Below are positions 51,217-61,891 of a DNA stretch of 64,000 bases, in pieces. This DNA comes from an uncultured Acidobacteriota bacterium. GTDB taxonomy: Bacteria; Acidobacteriota; Thermoanaerobaculia; Gp7-AA8. The position numbers and the translations under genes are program-made. The stretch is taken from NCBI GenBank assembly GCA_963822445.1, contig CAWGHO010000002.1:704001-768000 (forward strand), given 5' to 3'. The notes beneath the pieces were generated by a model. It searched no databases, was not told where the DNA came from, and was given only the letters and a program-made list of their open reading frames with translations. The first letter of the stretch is position 1. The number at the start of each line of letters is the position of its first letter.

Positions 51217-51950
51217 CGTCGATGCCGCGCGAGGCGCTGATCGTCGGTCTCGGCCAGATCGGTGGCTCGGCCGGCTACCGCCTTCAGGAGCGCGGCTGGC
51301 GCGTCCGCTACATCGATCCGCACGTCGAAACATCGCTGTTCGAGCGGGCCACGGAGATCGACGACGAATCGATGCTCGTGCTGGCCACACCGGTCGACGC
51401 GGCCGTGCAGATCCTGCGGGACATGAAACCGCGTCGCGGCCCGGTGACCAGCGTGTGCAGCGTCATGCGTCCGCTGCGCGACGTTGCCCGAGGACGTTTC
51501 GTGGCGGGACATCCGATCGCTGGGACGGAACAGGGTGGATTCGCGGCCGCGAAGGCGAGCATGTTCGACGGCAAGCGCTGGTTCCTCGATGGCGAAGATG
51601 CGGCAATCGAGGAGCTCGTGCGCGATTGCGATGCGACGCCGGAGCGCGTCGACGCCGCCGAACACGACGCGGCCGTCGCGCTGACCAGCCATCTGCCGCA
51701 GATTCTCTCGACCGCGCTCGCCGCGCATGTCGCCGATCATCAGGACGTTCTGCGCTTCGCCGGGACGGGTCTGGGTACTTTCCTGCGCCTCGCCGGCAGC
51801 GATGCGTCGATCTGGAAATCGATCCTCGACACGAACCACGACAACATCGCCCCGCACGCCGACGCCGTCGCGCGCATCGTTCGCGAGATGCTGAGCGGCG
51901 ATCCCACGGAGGTTTTCGCGAAGGCGCAAAGCGTCTGGCGAAGGCTCTAG
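51213..51950 (+). CDS. tyrA: Prephenate/arogenate dehydrogenase
   Basis: GLGQIGGS, GHPIAGTE, EHDAAVALTSHLP, RLAGS. Confidence 0.88.
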   Translation: MTSMPREALIVGLGQIGGSAGYRLQERGWRVRYIDPHVETSLFERATEIDDESMLVLATPVDAAVQILRDMKPRRGPVTSVCSVMRPLRDVARGRFVAGHPIAGTEQGGFAAAKASMFDGKRWFLDGEDAAIEELVRDCDATPERVDAAEHDAAVALTSHLPQILSTALAAHVADHQDVLRFAGTGLGTFLRLAGSDASIWKSILDTNHDNIAPHADAVARIVREMLSGDPTEVFAKAQSVWRRL

Positions 51951-51953
51951 CCG

Positions 51954-54317
51954 ATGTTCAACCCCACCTGGTTTTACGTCGGCGCGATTTACGCCGCCGC
52001 GGTCTGGCTGGCCCGCCGCCGCGGGATCGATCTCCCGAAACGCATCGCCGCTTTTTTCTACGCGCTGGTGTTCGTCTTCCTCTACCTGCCGATGACCCAG
52101 GACTACGTCAATCTGCCCGTCGACTTCCTGAACACGATCCAGCCCTGGTCGAACGTCACCGGCGATCAGCCGCATGCGAACTCGGAGATCAACGACGTCA
52201 TCCTGCAGTTCGTGCCGTGGGCGCATCAGGTGCGCGAGAGCTGGAAGGCATTCGAGCCGCCGCTCTGGAATCACTTCGCCGCCAGCGGCTATCCCCTGCT
52301 GGCCAACGGTCAGGCCGCGGCGCTCTCGCCGTTGCGCCTTCTCGCGCTGCCGCTGTCGCTCGGCGATTCGATGACCGCCGAAGCGGCGATGAAGATCCTC
52401 ATCGCGCTCACGTTCACGTTTCTCTACTGCAGGAGGCGCGGCTACTCCGAACTGGCCAGCACGTTTGGCGCGGTGTCCTTCGGCTTCTCGACGTTCATCA
52501 TCGTCTGGCTGCACTTCCCGCACGTCAGCACGGCCTGTTTCGCGCCGGCGGTGCTGTACCTGATCGATCTGCTGGCAGAGCGGCGAACCTATCCGCGATT
52601 CGTCGCCGCGGCCGTGGTCTGGACGTTCATGCTCTTCGGCGGCCATCCCGAGACCGCGTCGCACATCTTTTTCCTGGCGCTGCTGTATGTGCTGTGGCTG
52701 ATCGTCATCGAACGCGTCGTGACCTGGCGCTTCCTGCTGACCCTCGGCGGCGCGATGACAGTCGCCGCGCTGCTTGCGGCGCCGTTTCTCGTCCCGTTTG
52801 CCGAAGCGCTCACGAAGTCGGAACGCTTCCAGGAGCTGAAGGGCAACTCCGATCACGGCAACGTGCCGTTTTCCGACGCGCGTTCCGCTGTCGTTCTGCT
52901 CTCGCCTCATTTCTACGGTGCGGTGCCTCACGAAAAAACGTGGGGACCAGCCCACACCGAGTCGATCAGCGGCTTCGCCGGCATCCTCGGCATCGCCGCC
53001 TGGTTCGCGATGCTCGCCCATGTCATCCGGCGCCGCGCGTGGCGATCGCGGGAGATGTTCTTTCTCGTCGCCACGATCATCGTCCTCGGCGTGATCCTGT
53101 CGTGGCCGGGCATCAACGACGCCTTTCATCTGATTTATGCGCTCGCCGCGAATGCGCGACTGCGGCTGGTGCTGGTGCTGCTGCTGGCGATTCAGACCGC
53201 GGCGGCGATTGATCTCGTAGACCGCCGTACAGCTCTCCTCGGCATCGGCGCCGCGGCGCTACTCGCATGGGTCGTCTTCTTCGCATCCAACTACGCCATT
53301 CCTCATCACCGCGACGCCGCGCTCTTCGCGCTTCTCCCGAGTTTCGGCGTGCTCCTGATCGCCACGATCGCCGTCCTCGCCAAACGCGAATTCGTGCTGC
53401 TGCTCGTACTGACGGCGGTCATCGGCGAGCTGTGGAACATCGGCAGCGGCTGGAACCCGACCGTGGAAAAGAAATGGATGTATCCGCGAACGCCGCTGCT
53501 CGAGAAGATGGCCGAGATCCAGGCCACGATTCCGAAGAACGAGCCGTTCCGCATCCTCGGCGACGAGTCGACGTTCTTCCCCAACCTCTCGGCGATTTAC
53601 GGCCTGGAAGACGTTCGCGCGCACGACCCGATGGCCAACGGCCGGTATCTGAAGACCCTGCAGAACGTCGTCGGCTACGACTGGAGGCAGTACCACACGC
53701 CCTGGCCGAACGACCTCTACAACCACTTCCTCGACTACCTCAACGTCCGCTTTCTCATCGCGAGCCCGTACGTCAAGGTCGAGCCATCGCAGTGGGCGCT
53801 GCGACATTCGAGTCGCGACGGTCGTATCTTCGAGAACACGATGGTGCTCCCCCGTTTTTACGCCGCGCGGAACGTCATCATCGAGTTCCGCGACGAGGTC
53901 TTCGATCAAAAGCTCAAAGAAATGGATGAGAAGTGGTCGCATACGGCTCTCCTCGATGAGCTCGAGCTCGAGAACCAGCAGATGCACGACGACTTCTTCA
54001 ACCCGCGGCCCGGCGACGCACCGATCGCGACGGTGGAGATGCTGCAGGCGACACCGCGCGACTACCGGATGAAAGTGAAGTCGCCGCGCTACTCGCTCGT
54101 CGTCAGCAGCGTGCCCTGGTGGCCGGGCTGGAAGGCGGAGCGCAACGGCGCCCGCATCGATCCGATCCGCGTCAACGGCGCATTCCTCGGATTCGCCGTG
54201 CCGGAAGGGGAGATGGACGTGCGGGTCTGGTACGACCCCTGGACGTGGAGGCTCGGCGTGATCGCGAGCCTGGCGACGGTGATCGGCCTGATCGCCTTCG
54301 CCGTCCTCCGCCCATGA
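51954..54317 (+). CDS. YfhO-family / GT-C-like multi-TM protein 1
   Basis: PLWN..G.PLLAN, GGHPE, many TM segments, PGWKA C-terminal domain. Confidence 0.82.
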   Translation: MFNPTWFYVGAIYAAAVWLARRRGIDLPKRIAAFFYALVFVFLYLPMTQDYVNLPVDFLNTIQPWSNVTGDQPHANSEINDVILQFVPWAHQVRESWKAFEPPLWNHFAASGYPLLANGQAAALSPLRLLALPLSLGDSMTAEAAMKILIALTFTFLYCRRRGYSELASTFGAVSFGFSTFIIVWLHFPHVSTACFAPAVLYLIDLLAERRTYPRFVAAAVVWTFMLFGGHPETASHIFFLALLYVLWLIVIERVVTWRFLLTLGGAMTVAALLAAPFLVPFAEALTKSERFQELKGNSDHGNVPFSDARSAVVLLSPHFYGAVPHEKTWGPAHTESISGFAGILGIAAWFAMLAHVIRRRAWRSREMFFLVATIIVLGVILSWPGINDAFHLIYALAANARLRLVLVLLLAIQTAAAIDLVDRRTALLGIGAAALLAWVVFFASNYAIPHHRDAALFALLPSFGVLLIATIAVLAKREFVLLLVLTAVIGELWNIGSGWNPTVEKKWMYPRTPLLEKMAEIQATIPKNEPFRILGDESTFFPNLSAIYGLEDVRAHDPMANGRYLKTLQNVVGYDWRQYHTPWPNDLYNHFLDYLNVRFLIASPYVKVEPSQWALRHSSRDGRIFENTMVLPRFYAARNVIIEFRDEVFDQKLKEMDEKWSHTALLDELELENQQMHDDFFNPRPGDAPIATVEMLQATPRDYRMKVKSPRYSLVVSSVPWWPGWKAERNGARIDPIRVNGAFLGFAVPEGEMDVRVWYDPWTWRLGVIASLATVIGLIAFAVLRP

Positions 54318-56707
54318 ATCCCACCTGGATCTACGTCGCCGCGATTTATGCCGCCGCGATTGCCCTCGCGCGCCGCGCGGGCGTGCAGATGCCGGCGCGC
54401 GTGGCGGTCCTGTTCTACCTGCTCGTTCTCGGCTACCTGCTCGAGCCGATGACAGGGCGCGTGGTGAATGTTCACGCCGACATCGTCAGGACCCTTCCGC
54501 CGTGGTCGTTCATCGCCGAGGAGGAGTTGGTCACGCACAACCCGACCATGAACGACGTGCCGCTGCAGATGGTGCCGTGGGCCCACTCCGTGCGCGAAAG
54601 CTGGAAGTCGCTGCAGGCGCCGATCTGGAACGCGACTACGGGATGCGGCATGCCGTTGCTCGGCAATGGACAGAGCTCGGCGCTGTCGCCCATACGCCTC
54701 CTCGCGCTGCCGCTGAACCTCGGTCACGCGATGACGGCCGAAGCAGCGATGAAGTTCCTGATCGCCCTGACGTTCACGTTTCTGTTCTGCCGGCGGCGAT
54801 GGTCGGAAGAAGGCAGCGTCATCGCCGCGGTCACCTTCGCGTTCTCGGGCTTCCTCTTCGCCTGGCTCAACTTCCCGCACACCACGACGGTCTGTCTTTC
54901 TCCGGCGGTCTTCTACGTCATCGATCTCCTCGCCGAGCGGCCCTCGTTCGGAAGGTGCGCATTCGCGGGAGCGGTCGGCGCGGCTGTCGTTTTCGGCGGA
55001 CATCCGGAGACGGCCGCGCAGATGGCCTTCGTCGCGTTCCTCTACGTGCTCTGGCTGCGGCCGTCCCTGAGAAAGCTCGCGGCCATGGGGGGTGCGTTGA
55101 TCATCGCCGTCCTACTGGCGGCTCCGCACCTGGCGATGTTCGCGGAGAGCGTGACCAGGTCGCAGCGATTCGCCAATCTTCAGGTGAAGGCCTGGTCCGA
55201 TGAGCGGCTGCCCGACTCCGAATACCGGGCGGCCATCCCGATTCTGTTGCCGCGCTATTTCGGACCGCTCAACAGGCCGTTCGGGCCGGCCGTCCCGGAT
55301 GGCGTGACCGGCTTTGCAGGAGCGCTGGCTATTGCGGCCTGGTTCGCCGTGGCCTGGCAGGTCATCGCCTCGCGGAAGTGGCGGTCGATGGAAGCCTTTT
55401 TCGTCCTGCTGGCGGTTCTGATCTTCGGCGCGCTCTTCGAGTGGCCGGGGTTCACGGATCTCTTCAACTTCGTCATCCCGCTGAGCGCGCACGCGCGGTT
55501 GCGGCACGTGCTGGGCTTCGCGCTGGCCGTTCTCGCCGCGGCCGCGATCGATCATTCCCGCGTGCGGCGCGCGCCACTGCTCACCGGTCTCGGCATCGTC
55601 GCGATCGGGCTCGTCGCCCTGTTCGCCTTCGTTGAATTTCCGTACGCCGTTCGCGATCGCCGGCCGATGGCCATGCTTCTGGCCATCCCGGCCGCGCTGG
55701 TAATCATCACGGGCGCCGTAGCCGTGTCGTGGCGACGAATGGGCGCGTACGCGGCGTTGATCGTCGCCGTCGTCGCGGAGATGTACACCGGCGGCCGCGG
55801 CTTCAATTCACCGAACGATGAATCGTTCCTGTACGCGCGCACTCCGGTGATCGAGAAGCTCGAGCAGCTTCAGGCCGCGTCCACGGAGCCGTTTCGCGTG
55901 ACCGGTGTCGGGCCGATGCTTTTTCAGAACATCCCCGCCCTCTTCGGATTCGAGGACATCCGCGTCCACGATCCGATGGCCAACGCGCGTTACTTCGATT
56001 TCCTCGCCAGGACGGCGGTGTTCAAACCCGACGAGTACTTCGCGTTCTGGGAGGACCAGACGACGCATGTCCTGGACTTCCTCAACGTCCGCTACGTGAT
56101 GGCCGACCCGGGCGTGGTCATCGCCGATCTGAATCGCTACAGGCTCCGTTACGAAGGTCCGGATGGGCGGATCTACGAGAACAGCACCGTGCTGCCGCGC
56201 TTCTACGCCCCGCGCAACGTCATCGTCGATTTCGACGACAAGGGGTTCGACCGGCGGCTGCGGGAGATGGACGACAAGTGGTGGCACACGGCGCTGCTGG
56301 ACGAGCTCGAGCTCGAGAACCAGCAGATGCACGACGACTTTTTCAATCCGCGACCTCCCGATGCCCCCGAAGCGCGCGTGCAGATCGTGAAATCGTCGGC
56401 GAGGGAGTACCGGATCAACACGACCGCGCCGCGCTACACGCTGGTCGCGAGCAGCATCCCCTGGTGGCCGGGCTGGAAGGTCGAGCGCAACGGCAAGCGC
56501 ATCGATCCCATCCGCGTCAACAGCGCCTTCCTCGGATTCGCCGTGCCGCCCGGCGAGACGAAGGTAAGAGTCTGGTATGACCCATGGAGTTGGAAGGTGG
56601 GAATGGGGTTGAGTGTGATGACGATGATCGCGATTGCGTTACGGGGTTTCGGGGTTACGAGGTTTCGGGGTGGATTCAGAAGACCTCGTAACCCCGAAAC
56701 CTCGTAA
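54314..56707 (+). CDS. YfhO-family / GT-C-like multi-TM protein 2 (tandem paralog)
   Basis: Same architecture; ATGA overlap; C-terminus reads through a repeat. Confidence 0.82.
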   Translation: MNPTWIYVAAIYAAAIALARRAGVQMPARVAVLFYLLVLGYLLEPMTGRVVNVHADIVRTLPPWSFIAEEELVTHNPTMNDVPLQMVPWAHSVRESWKSLQAPIWNATTGCGMPLLGNGQSSALSPIRLLALPLNLGHAMTAEAAMKFLIALTFTFLFCRRRWSEEGSVIAAVTFAFSGFLFAWLNFPHTTTVCLSPAVFYVIDLLAERPSFGRCAFAGAVGAAVVFGGHPETAAQMAFVAFLYVLWLRPSLRKLAAMGGALIIAVLLAAPHLAMFAESVTRSQRFANLQVKAWSDERLPDSEYRAAIPILLPRYFGPLNRPFGPAVPDGVTGFAGALAIAAWFAVAWQVIASRKWRSMEAFFVLLAVLIFGALFEWPGFTDLFNFVIPLSAHARLRHVLGFALAVLAAAAIDHSRVRRAPLLTGLGIVAIGLVALFAFVEFPYAVRDRRPMAMLLAIPAALVIITGAVAVSWRRMGAYAALIVAVVAEMYTGGRGFNSPNDESFLYARTPVIEKLEQLQAASTEPFRVTGVGPMLFQNIPALFGFEDIRVHDPMANARYFDFLARTAVFKPDEYFAFWEDQTTHVLDFLNVRYVMADPGVVIADLNRYRLRYEGPDGRIYENSTVLPRFYAPRNVIVDFDDKGFDRRLREMDDKWWHTALLDELELENQQMHDDFFNPRPPDAPEARVQIVKSSAREYRINTTAPRYTLVASSIPWWPGWKVERNGKRIDPIRVNSAFLGFAVPPGETKVRVWYDPWSWKVGMGLSVMTMIAIALRGFGVTRFRGGFRRPRNPETS

Positions 56708-56717
56708 CCCCGCAACC
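56638..56717. repeat. Inverted array of 8-bp repeats (GGTTNCGR)
   Basis: GGGGTTTC/GAGGTTTC units facing ACCTCGTA/ACCCCGAA units. Confidence 0.9.
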
Positions 56718-56723
56718 TGAGCG

Positions 56724-57506
56724 TCAGCGAAACTTCTTGTTCAACCGCTCCCTCGCCAGCGAATCCACTCTCGCCAACTGCGGACTGAGCACCTCGCGCT
56801 GTTTGGCGACGAGCTGGCCGATTCCTGCCTTCGCCAGGGCGAGCATGGCCTGCATGTCGTCGTCGCTGAACGTGGCTCCTTCCGCGGTGCCCTGCAGCTC
56901 GACGAAGCGGCCCTTCTCCGTGGCCACGACGTTCATGTCCACGCCGGCCTTCGAGTCCTCGCCGTAATTCAGATCGAGGGTCGGCACGCCGCCGATCATC
57001 CCCACCGAGATCGCGGCGATGAAGTCGATGATCGGCCAGCTTCCCATCGCGCCGTCGATGTAGAGCCGCGACAGCGCCAGCACCAGCGCGACGTACGAGC
57101 CGGTGATCGACGCCGTGCGCGTGCCGCCGTCGGCCTGGATCACGTCGCAATCGATCCACACCGTCCGCTCGCCCATCAGCTCCGTGTTCACCGCCGCGCG
57201 GAGCGAGCGGCCGATCAGCCGCTGAATCTCCATCGTCCGCCCGCCCTGTTTGCCTTTCGCGGCCTCGCGCTCCACGCGATCGGTCGTCGCGCGCGGCAAC
57301 ATTCCGTACTCGGCGGTCACCCACCCTTTGCCGGTGCGGTAGAGAAACGGCGGCACTTTCTCCTGCACGCTGGCCGTGCAGATCACTTTCGTATCGCCGA
57401 CTTCGATCAGCACCGAGCCTTCCGCGTGCTTGATGTAATTCGGACGGATGGTGACCGGTCTCAACTCATGCGCGGCACGGCCGTCCGCGCGTACTTTCTG
57501 GGTCAA
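56724..57506 (-). CDS. rph: Ribonuclease PH
   Basis: [35 protein letters not shown]. Confidence 0.97.
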   Translation of the reverse strand: MTQKVRADGRAAHELRPVTIRPNYIKHAEGSVLIEVGDTKVICTASVQEKVPPFLYRTGKGWVTAEYGMLPRATTDRVEREAAKGKQGGRTMEIQRLIGRSLRAAVNTELMGERTVWIDCDVIQADGGTRTASITGSYVALVLALSRLYIDGAMGSWPIIDFIAAISVGMIGGVPTLDLNYGEDSKAGVDMNVVATEKGRFVELQGTAEGATFSDDDMQAMLALAKAGIGQLVAKQREVLSPQLARVDSLARERLNKKFR

Positions 57507-58765
57507 ACAGTCACTCCCTCTTCCACCTTCGCACCCTTGGGCACGACCACGATCCCTGAATCCGTCACCGTGAAACGGGCCCGGTCCTGCTCGATGTCGT
57601 AGCCGATGACCGTTCCCGGCGGCAGCTTCACGCCCTTGTCGATGATCGTGCGGCGGATCTTCGAATGCCGCCCGACCTCGACGCCGTCCATGAGAATCGA
57701 CTCATCGACGTCCGCGTACGAATTCACGCGAACGCGCGGATGCAGAACGCAACGGTTGATCGTCCCGCCGGAGAGGATGCAGCCGTCGGAGACGAGGGAG
57801 TCGGTCGCGATTCCGATGCGCTGCGACTCCTTGTCCGCGAAGACGAACTTCGCCGGCGGCTGGTGCATCGGCGCCGACACCATCGGCCAGAGCTGGTTGT
57901 ACAGATTGAACATCGGCGTGACCGCGACGAGATCGAGCGCCGCCGCGAAGTACGAATCGATCGTTCCCACGTCCCGCCAGTACCCGCGGTTGATCGCGTC
58001 CTCGCCTGGAATCACGTTCTTCGCGAAGTCGTACGCATACACCTTCATCTTCGGATACATCTGCGGGATGACTTCCTTGCCGAAGTCGATGCCGGCGTTG
58101 CGCAACGAGTTCTTCTGCAGGACGTCGATCATCACGTTCGACTTGAAGATGTAGTTGCCCATCGAGGCCAGGATCTGGTCGGGCCGTCCGGGAATGGTCT
58201 TCGCGCCGGTCTTCGGCTTCTCCACGAACCCGGTCACGCGAAAGTCGGAGTCGACTTCGACGACGCCGAACTGGTGGGCCTCTTCGACGGGCACGGGAAT
58301 CGTGGCGATGGTCAGGTCGGCATCATTGGCGATGTGCTCCTGGAGCATCTGATTCACATCCATCTTGTAGATGTGATCGCCGCCGAACACGCAGACGTAC
58401 TCCGGCTCTTCGTCGAAGATCAGCTCGAGGTTCTGAAAGACGGCGTCGGCCGTCCCGCGGAACCAGAACGGCCCTTTGCGCATCTGCGCTGGCACGACGT
58501 CGACGTACTGGCCGATCTCCGGCACGAGCCGCCAGGTCCTGGTGATGTGCTCGATCAGCGAGTTCGATTTGAACTGCGTGAGCACCTTGATCTTGAAGAA
58601 GCCGGAGTTGATGAAGTTGTTGATGACGAAGTCGATGATCCGGTACCGCCCGCCGAACGGCACGGCCGGCTTGGCGCGATCCCGCGTCAGGGGGAAGAGG
58701 CGCTCCCCCATCCCGCCGGCGAGAACCATCGTCAGCACATCACGACGCGACAGTGTTCCGTACAT
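57503..58765 (-). CDS. glgC: Glucose-1-phosphate adenylyltransferase
   Basis: [44 protein letters not shown]. Confidence 0.97.
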   Translation of the reverse strand: MYGTLSRRDVLTMVLAGGMGERLFPLTRDRAKPAVPFGGRYRIIDFVINNFINSGFFKIKVLTQFKSNSLIEHITRTWRLVPEIGQYVDVVPAQMRKGPFWFRGTADAVFQNLELIFDEEPEYVCVFGGDHIYKMDVNQMLQEHIANDADLTIATIPVPVEEAHQFGVVEVDSDFRVTGFVEKPKTGAKTIPGRPDQILASMGNYIFKSNVMIDVLQKNSLRNAGIDFGKEVIPQMYPKMKVYAYDFAKNVIPGEDAINRGYWRDVGTIDSYFAAALDLVAVTPMFNLYNQLWPMVSAPMHQPPAKFVFADKESQRIGIATDSLVSDGCILSGGTINRCVLHPRVRVNSYADVDESILMDGVEVGRHSKIRRTIIDKGVKLPPGTVIGYDIEQDRARFTVTDSGIVVVPKGAKVEEGVTV

Positions 58766-58817
58766 GGCCACCTTGAAACCGATTCTTTTGCTTCGACCGC
58801 AGGAAAGCAAATCCCGT

Positions 58818-58892
58818 GTCAGTGGTCAGTCGTCAGTGGTCAGTGGTCAGACCCGCCCCGTCGGACAACTGACCACTGACCACTGACCACTA
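58818..58892. repeat. Inverted array of 7-bp repeats (CAGTGGT)
   Basis: (CAGTGGT)n-spacer-(ACTGACC)n between divergent genes. Confidence 0.9.
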
Positions 58893-58908
58893 GTAAACTC
58901 CGCCCCGC

Positions 58909-59817
58909 ATGGCCGAGAAGGACTACTACGAGATCCTCGGCGTCAAGAAAACCGCCACGGACGAAGAGCTCAAGAAGGCGTATCGCAATCTCGCCAAGAA
59001 GTACCACCCCGACAAGAACAAGGGGAACAAAGAGGCGGAGGCGAAGTTCAAGGAGATCTCCGAGGCGTACGCCGTGCTCTCGGACAAAGACAAGCGCGAC
59101 CAGTACGACAGACTCGGCCGCGAAGCGTTCGGACCGGGCGGCGCGAATCCGTTCGCGGGCTTCGATTTCTCCGAGTTCATGGGCGGCGGAGGCGCGCGCG
59201 GTCGCAAAGCCGGCGGCCGCGGCGGCGCGCGAACGGTCGACTTCACCGATATCTTCGGCGACCTGTTCGGCGGAGCCGGCGGCGGCCGCGGTGGTTTCGG
59301 CGGATTCGAGAATGCCGAGCCGCCGGTCATGCAGGCCGAGCTGACCATCGAGTTCCGCGACGCCATCCAGGGCAACACCATGGCCCTGACCCTCAACGGC
59401 GAGCCGATCCGGGTGAAGATCCCCGAGGGCATCGGCAACGGGCAGAAGATCCGCGTTCCCAGAAAAGGGAGCACGATCGAGATCACCGTGCGCGTCAAAC
59501 CGCATCCGCTGTTCGAACGGCGCGGCGACGACATTCACATCGAGCTGCCCATCACCATCGGCGAAGCGATCCGCGGCGCGGAGATCGACGTGCCCACCAT
59601 CCACGGCAACGTCCGCATGCGCATCCCCGCCGGAACCCAGGCCGGCCGCACCATGCGCCTGACCGGCAAAGGCGTGAAAAAGAAAAACGGCACGGTTGGT
59701 GATCAGTACAACCGGATCGTGGTGATGGTGCCGTCCGAGGCGCCTTCGGATGCGGTTGATGCGCTCGAAGGGGCGTATCGGGAGAGTCCGCGGGTTAATT
59801 TGAAGGTTACGTTATGA
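58909..59817 (+). CDS. DnaJ class II chaperone (CbpA-like, no zinc finger)
   Basis: J domain with HPD, G/F-rich region, DnaJ_C domain, no CxxCxGxG. Confidence 0.92.
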   Translation: MAEKDYYEILGVKKTATDEELKKAYRNLAKKYHPDKNKGNKEAEAKFKEISEAYAVLSDKDKRDQYDRLGREAFGPGGANPFAGFDFSEFMGGGGARGRKAGGRGGARTVDFTDIFGDLFGGAGGGRGGFGGFENAEPPVMQAELTIEFRDAIQGNTMALTLNGEPIRVKIPEGIGNGQKIRVPRKGSTIEITVRVKPHPLFERRGDDIHIELPITIGEAIRGAEIDVPTIHGNVRMRIPAGTQAGRTMRLTGKGVKKKNGTVGDQYNRIVVMVPSEAPSDAVDALEGAYRESPRVNLKVTL

Positions 59818-59898
59818 GTTGCGGGGTTACGAGGTCACGGGGTTACGGGGCAGAAAAACCACCTCGCAACCCCGCAACCCCGTAACCCCGAAACCCCG
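59818..59898. repeat. Inverted array of 8-bp repeats (GGTTNCGR)
   Basis: Four left units facing four right units. Confidence 0.9.
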
Positions 59899-59901
59899 AG
59901 A

Positions 59902-60330
59902 ATGCACATCCAACTCCTCCGCACCGACACCACCTCCCTCAAGGTCGACGCCCTCGTCTACCCGGAAGAGGCGCCGTCGGATCTGAACGACGGGCGGGCG
60001 GTGGTCACGACGGGCGGCAATCTGTTCTGCCGGTTCGTGATTCACGTGAAAGTCTCGAAAGCCGATGAACCCGATGCCGACGCGAAGTTGCGGGCGTCGA
60101 CGATCGCCGCGCTGGAGCGTGCCGAGGAGCTGGCCATCGCTTCCGTGGGGCTGCCGGCGATCGGCTCGGGACCGTTCGGATTCGACACGGAACGGTGCGC
60201 CCGGTTGATGCTCTCGGCGACGCGAGACTTCAGCAACCGCGCCCGCTCCCTCCAACGCGCGGTATTCTGCCTCCTCGGCGCGGAGGAGTACGCGATCTTC
60301 GAGCGCGTGCTGCAGGAGCTCGATCGTTGA
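59902..60330 (+). CDS. Macro domain protein (shortened)
   Basis: TDTT..VDALV, AVVTTGGNL..RFVIH, LPAIGSGPFGF. Confidence 0.8.
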   Translation: MHIQLLRTDTTSLKVDALVYPEEAPSDLNDGRAVVTTGGNLFCRFVIHVKVSKADEPDADAKLRASTIAALERAEELAIASVGLPAIGSGPFGFDTERCARLMLSATRDFSNRARSLQRAVFCLLGAEEYAIFERVLQELDR

Positions 60331-61034
60331 TCTACATCATTGGGGACTCGCACATCGGCCTCGGCGAAGGCGCGGAACGTCGCATCAGCGACTGGATCGA
60401 CCGCCTCATTCCGCTCAAGCCGACCGCGCTCTACCTCAACGGCGATCTCTTTCACTACCTCATCGCCCACCGCAACTTCCGCACGAGCGCGGTCGAGAAA
60501 GTCATGCAGAAGTTCGCCGCTCTGCGCGACAGCGGCGCCGCGGTTCATTACGTCGAAGGCAATCGCGACTTCTTCCTCAAAGGCTCATTCGTCGAAGACT
60601 TCGTGACCGACGTCGCCTTCGAGTTCGCGATCTCCGCCGGGCCGCATCGCTACGTCGTCGTGCACGGCGACATGATCAACGACCGCGACTGGAAGTACTT
60701 CTTCTGGCGGCGCGCGTCAAAGAACCCGCTGACGAAGCTCGCCGTGACCATGATCCCGAAGAAGACCGCGCGCAAGCTCGTCGATCGCGTGGAAAAGAAG
60801 CTGGCCCGCTCGAACTTCAAGCACAAGACCAAACTGCCGCTGGAGCTGATGAAGGCCTACGGCGACAAGCGCAGCCGCGACGGATTCACAGACGTCGTCT
60901 TCGGACACTTCCACCACAAGATGATCCTGCCGGCCTCGAATTCGACGGTGACCGTGCTGCCGGCGTGGTACGAGTCCGGCGAGGCCCTGCGCATCGATCC
61001 AAAGACCGGCGCGGCCGACTTCGTGGTGATCTGA
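60327..61034 (+). CDS. lpxH: UDP-2,3-diacylglucosamine diphosphatase (LpxH-like metallophosphoesterase)
   Basis: DSHIG, GDLF, GNRDF, HGD, GHFH; TTG start overlapping the macro-domain gene stop. Confidence 0.78.
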   Translation: MIYIIGDSHIGLGEGAERRISDWIDRLIPLKPTALYLNGDLFHYLIAHRNFRTSAVEKVMQKFAALRDSGAAVHYVEGNRDFFLKGSFVEDFVTDVAFEFAISAGPHRYVVVHGDMINDRDWKYFFWRRASKNPLTKLAVTMIPKKTARKLVDRVEKKLARSNFKHKTKLPLELMKAYGDKRSRDGFTDVVFGHFHHKMILPASNSTVTVLPAWYESGEALRIDPKTGAADFVVI

Positions 61035-61795
61035 TGCGGATCACGTTTCTCGGAACCGGCACGTCCACCGGCGTTCCCGTCATCGGCTGTCGTTGCCGCG
61101 TGTGCACGTCCACCAATCCGAAAAACACGCGCCTGCGGCAGTCCGTCGCGATCGAGAGCAACGGCAAGCATTTCCTGATCGACACGACGCCCGACCTCCG
61201 TTTTCAGCTTCTGCAACATCCCATTCCCCGCCTCGACTTCATCCTCTTCACCCATTCCCACTCCGACCATCTGATGGGACTCGACGACATCCGCCCGTTC
61301 AATTTCCGCCAGCGGGAAGTGGTCCACGCGTTCGCGAACGCGAATACGGAGAAAGCGGTGCGCCGCGCGTTCAGCTACATCTGGGACGACTCCCAGATCG
61401 GCGGAGGCAAACCGCAGCTCGAGGTGCACGCGGTCGAGGAGCCGTTCACCCACGAAGGCATCGAGATCATCCCCATCCCCGTCACCCACGGGAACTGGAC
61501 GATCCTCGGATACCGCATCGGCAACTTCGCCTACATCACCGATACGAACGGCATCCCCGACGCGTCGATGAAACTCCTCGAAGGCGTGGAAATGCTCGCC
61601 CTCGATGGTCTTCGCGCCGCGCCGCGACATCCGACGCACTTCACCATCGGCGAAGCGGTCGAGGTCGCGCAACGCATAGGCGCGCGCGAGACCTGGCTCA
61701 TTCATCTGACGCATGAAGTCGAGCACGACGAGGTCGAGGCCACACTGCCGGTGGGCGTGCGGCTCGCGTACGACGGGCTGGTGCTCGAGGTCTGA
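61034..61795 (+). CDS. PhnP-like MBL-fold metallohydrolase
   Basis: LGTGTSTGVP..GCxCxxC, THSHSDH..GLDD. Confidence 0.9.
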   Translation: MRITFLGTGTSTGVPVIGCRCRVCTSTNPKNTRLRQSVAIESNGKHFLIDTTPDLRFQLLQHPIPRLDFILFTHSHSDHLMGLDDIRPFNFRQREVVHAFANANTEKAVRRAFSYIWDDSQIGGGKPQLEVHAVEEPFTHEGIEIIPIPVTHGNWTILGYRIGNFAYITDTNGIPDASMKLLEGVEMLALDGLRAAPRHPTHFTIGEAVEVAQRIGARETWLIHLTHEVEHDEVEATLPVGVRLAYDGLVLEV

Positions 61796-61888
61796 AATGC
61801 AGAATGCAGAATGCAGAATGCAGAACCGGCCCACGTTACGTCGGGTCGATCTCACCTTTTTGCATTCTGCATTCTGCATTCTGCATTC
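61796..61888. repeat. Inverted array of 7-bp repeats (ATGCAGA)
   Basis: (AATGCAG)4-spacer-(TGCATTC)4 abutting the aroA start. Confidence 0.9.
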
Positions 61889-61891
61889 GTC

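Noticed and set aside
53940-56590. DGR template/variable repeat pair in the YfhO paralogs or the MNT repeat
   Set aside because: No reverse transcriptase in the window, and the differences are not adenine-specific
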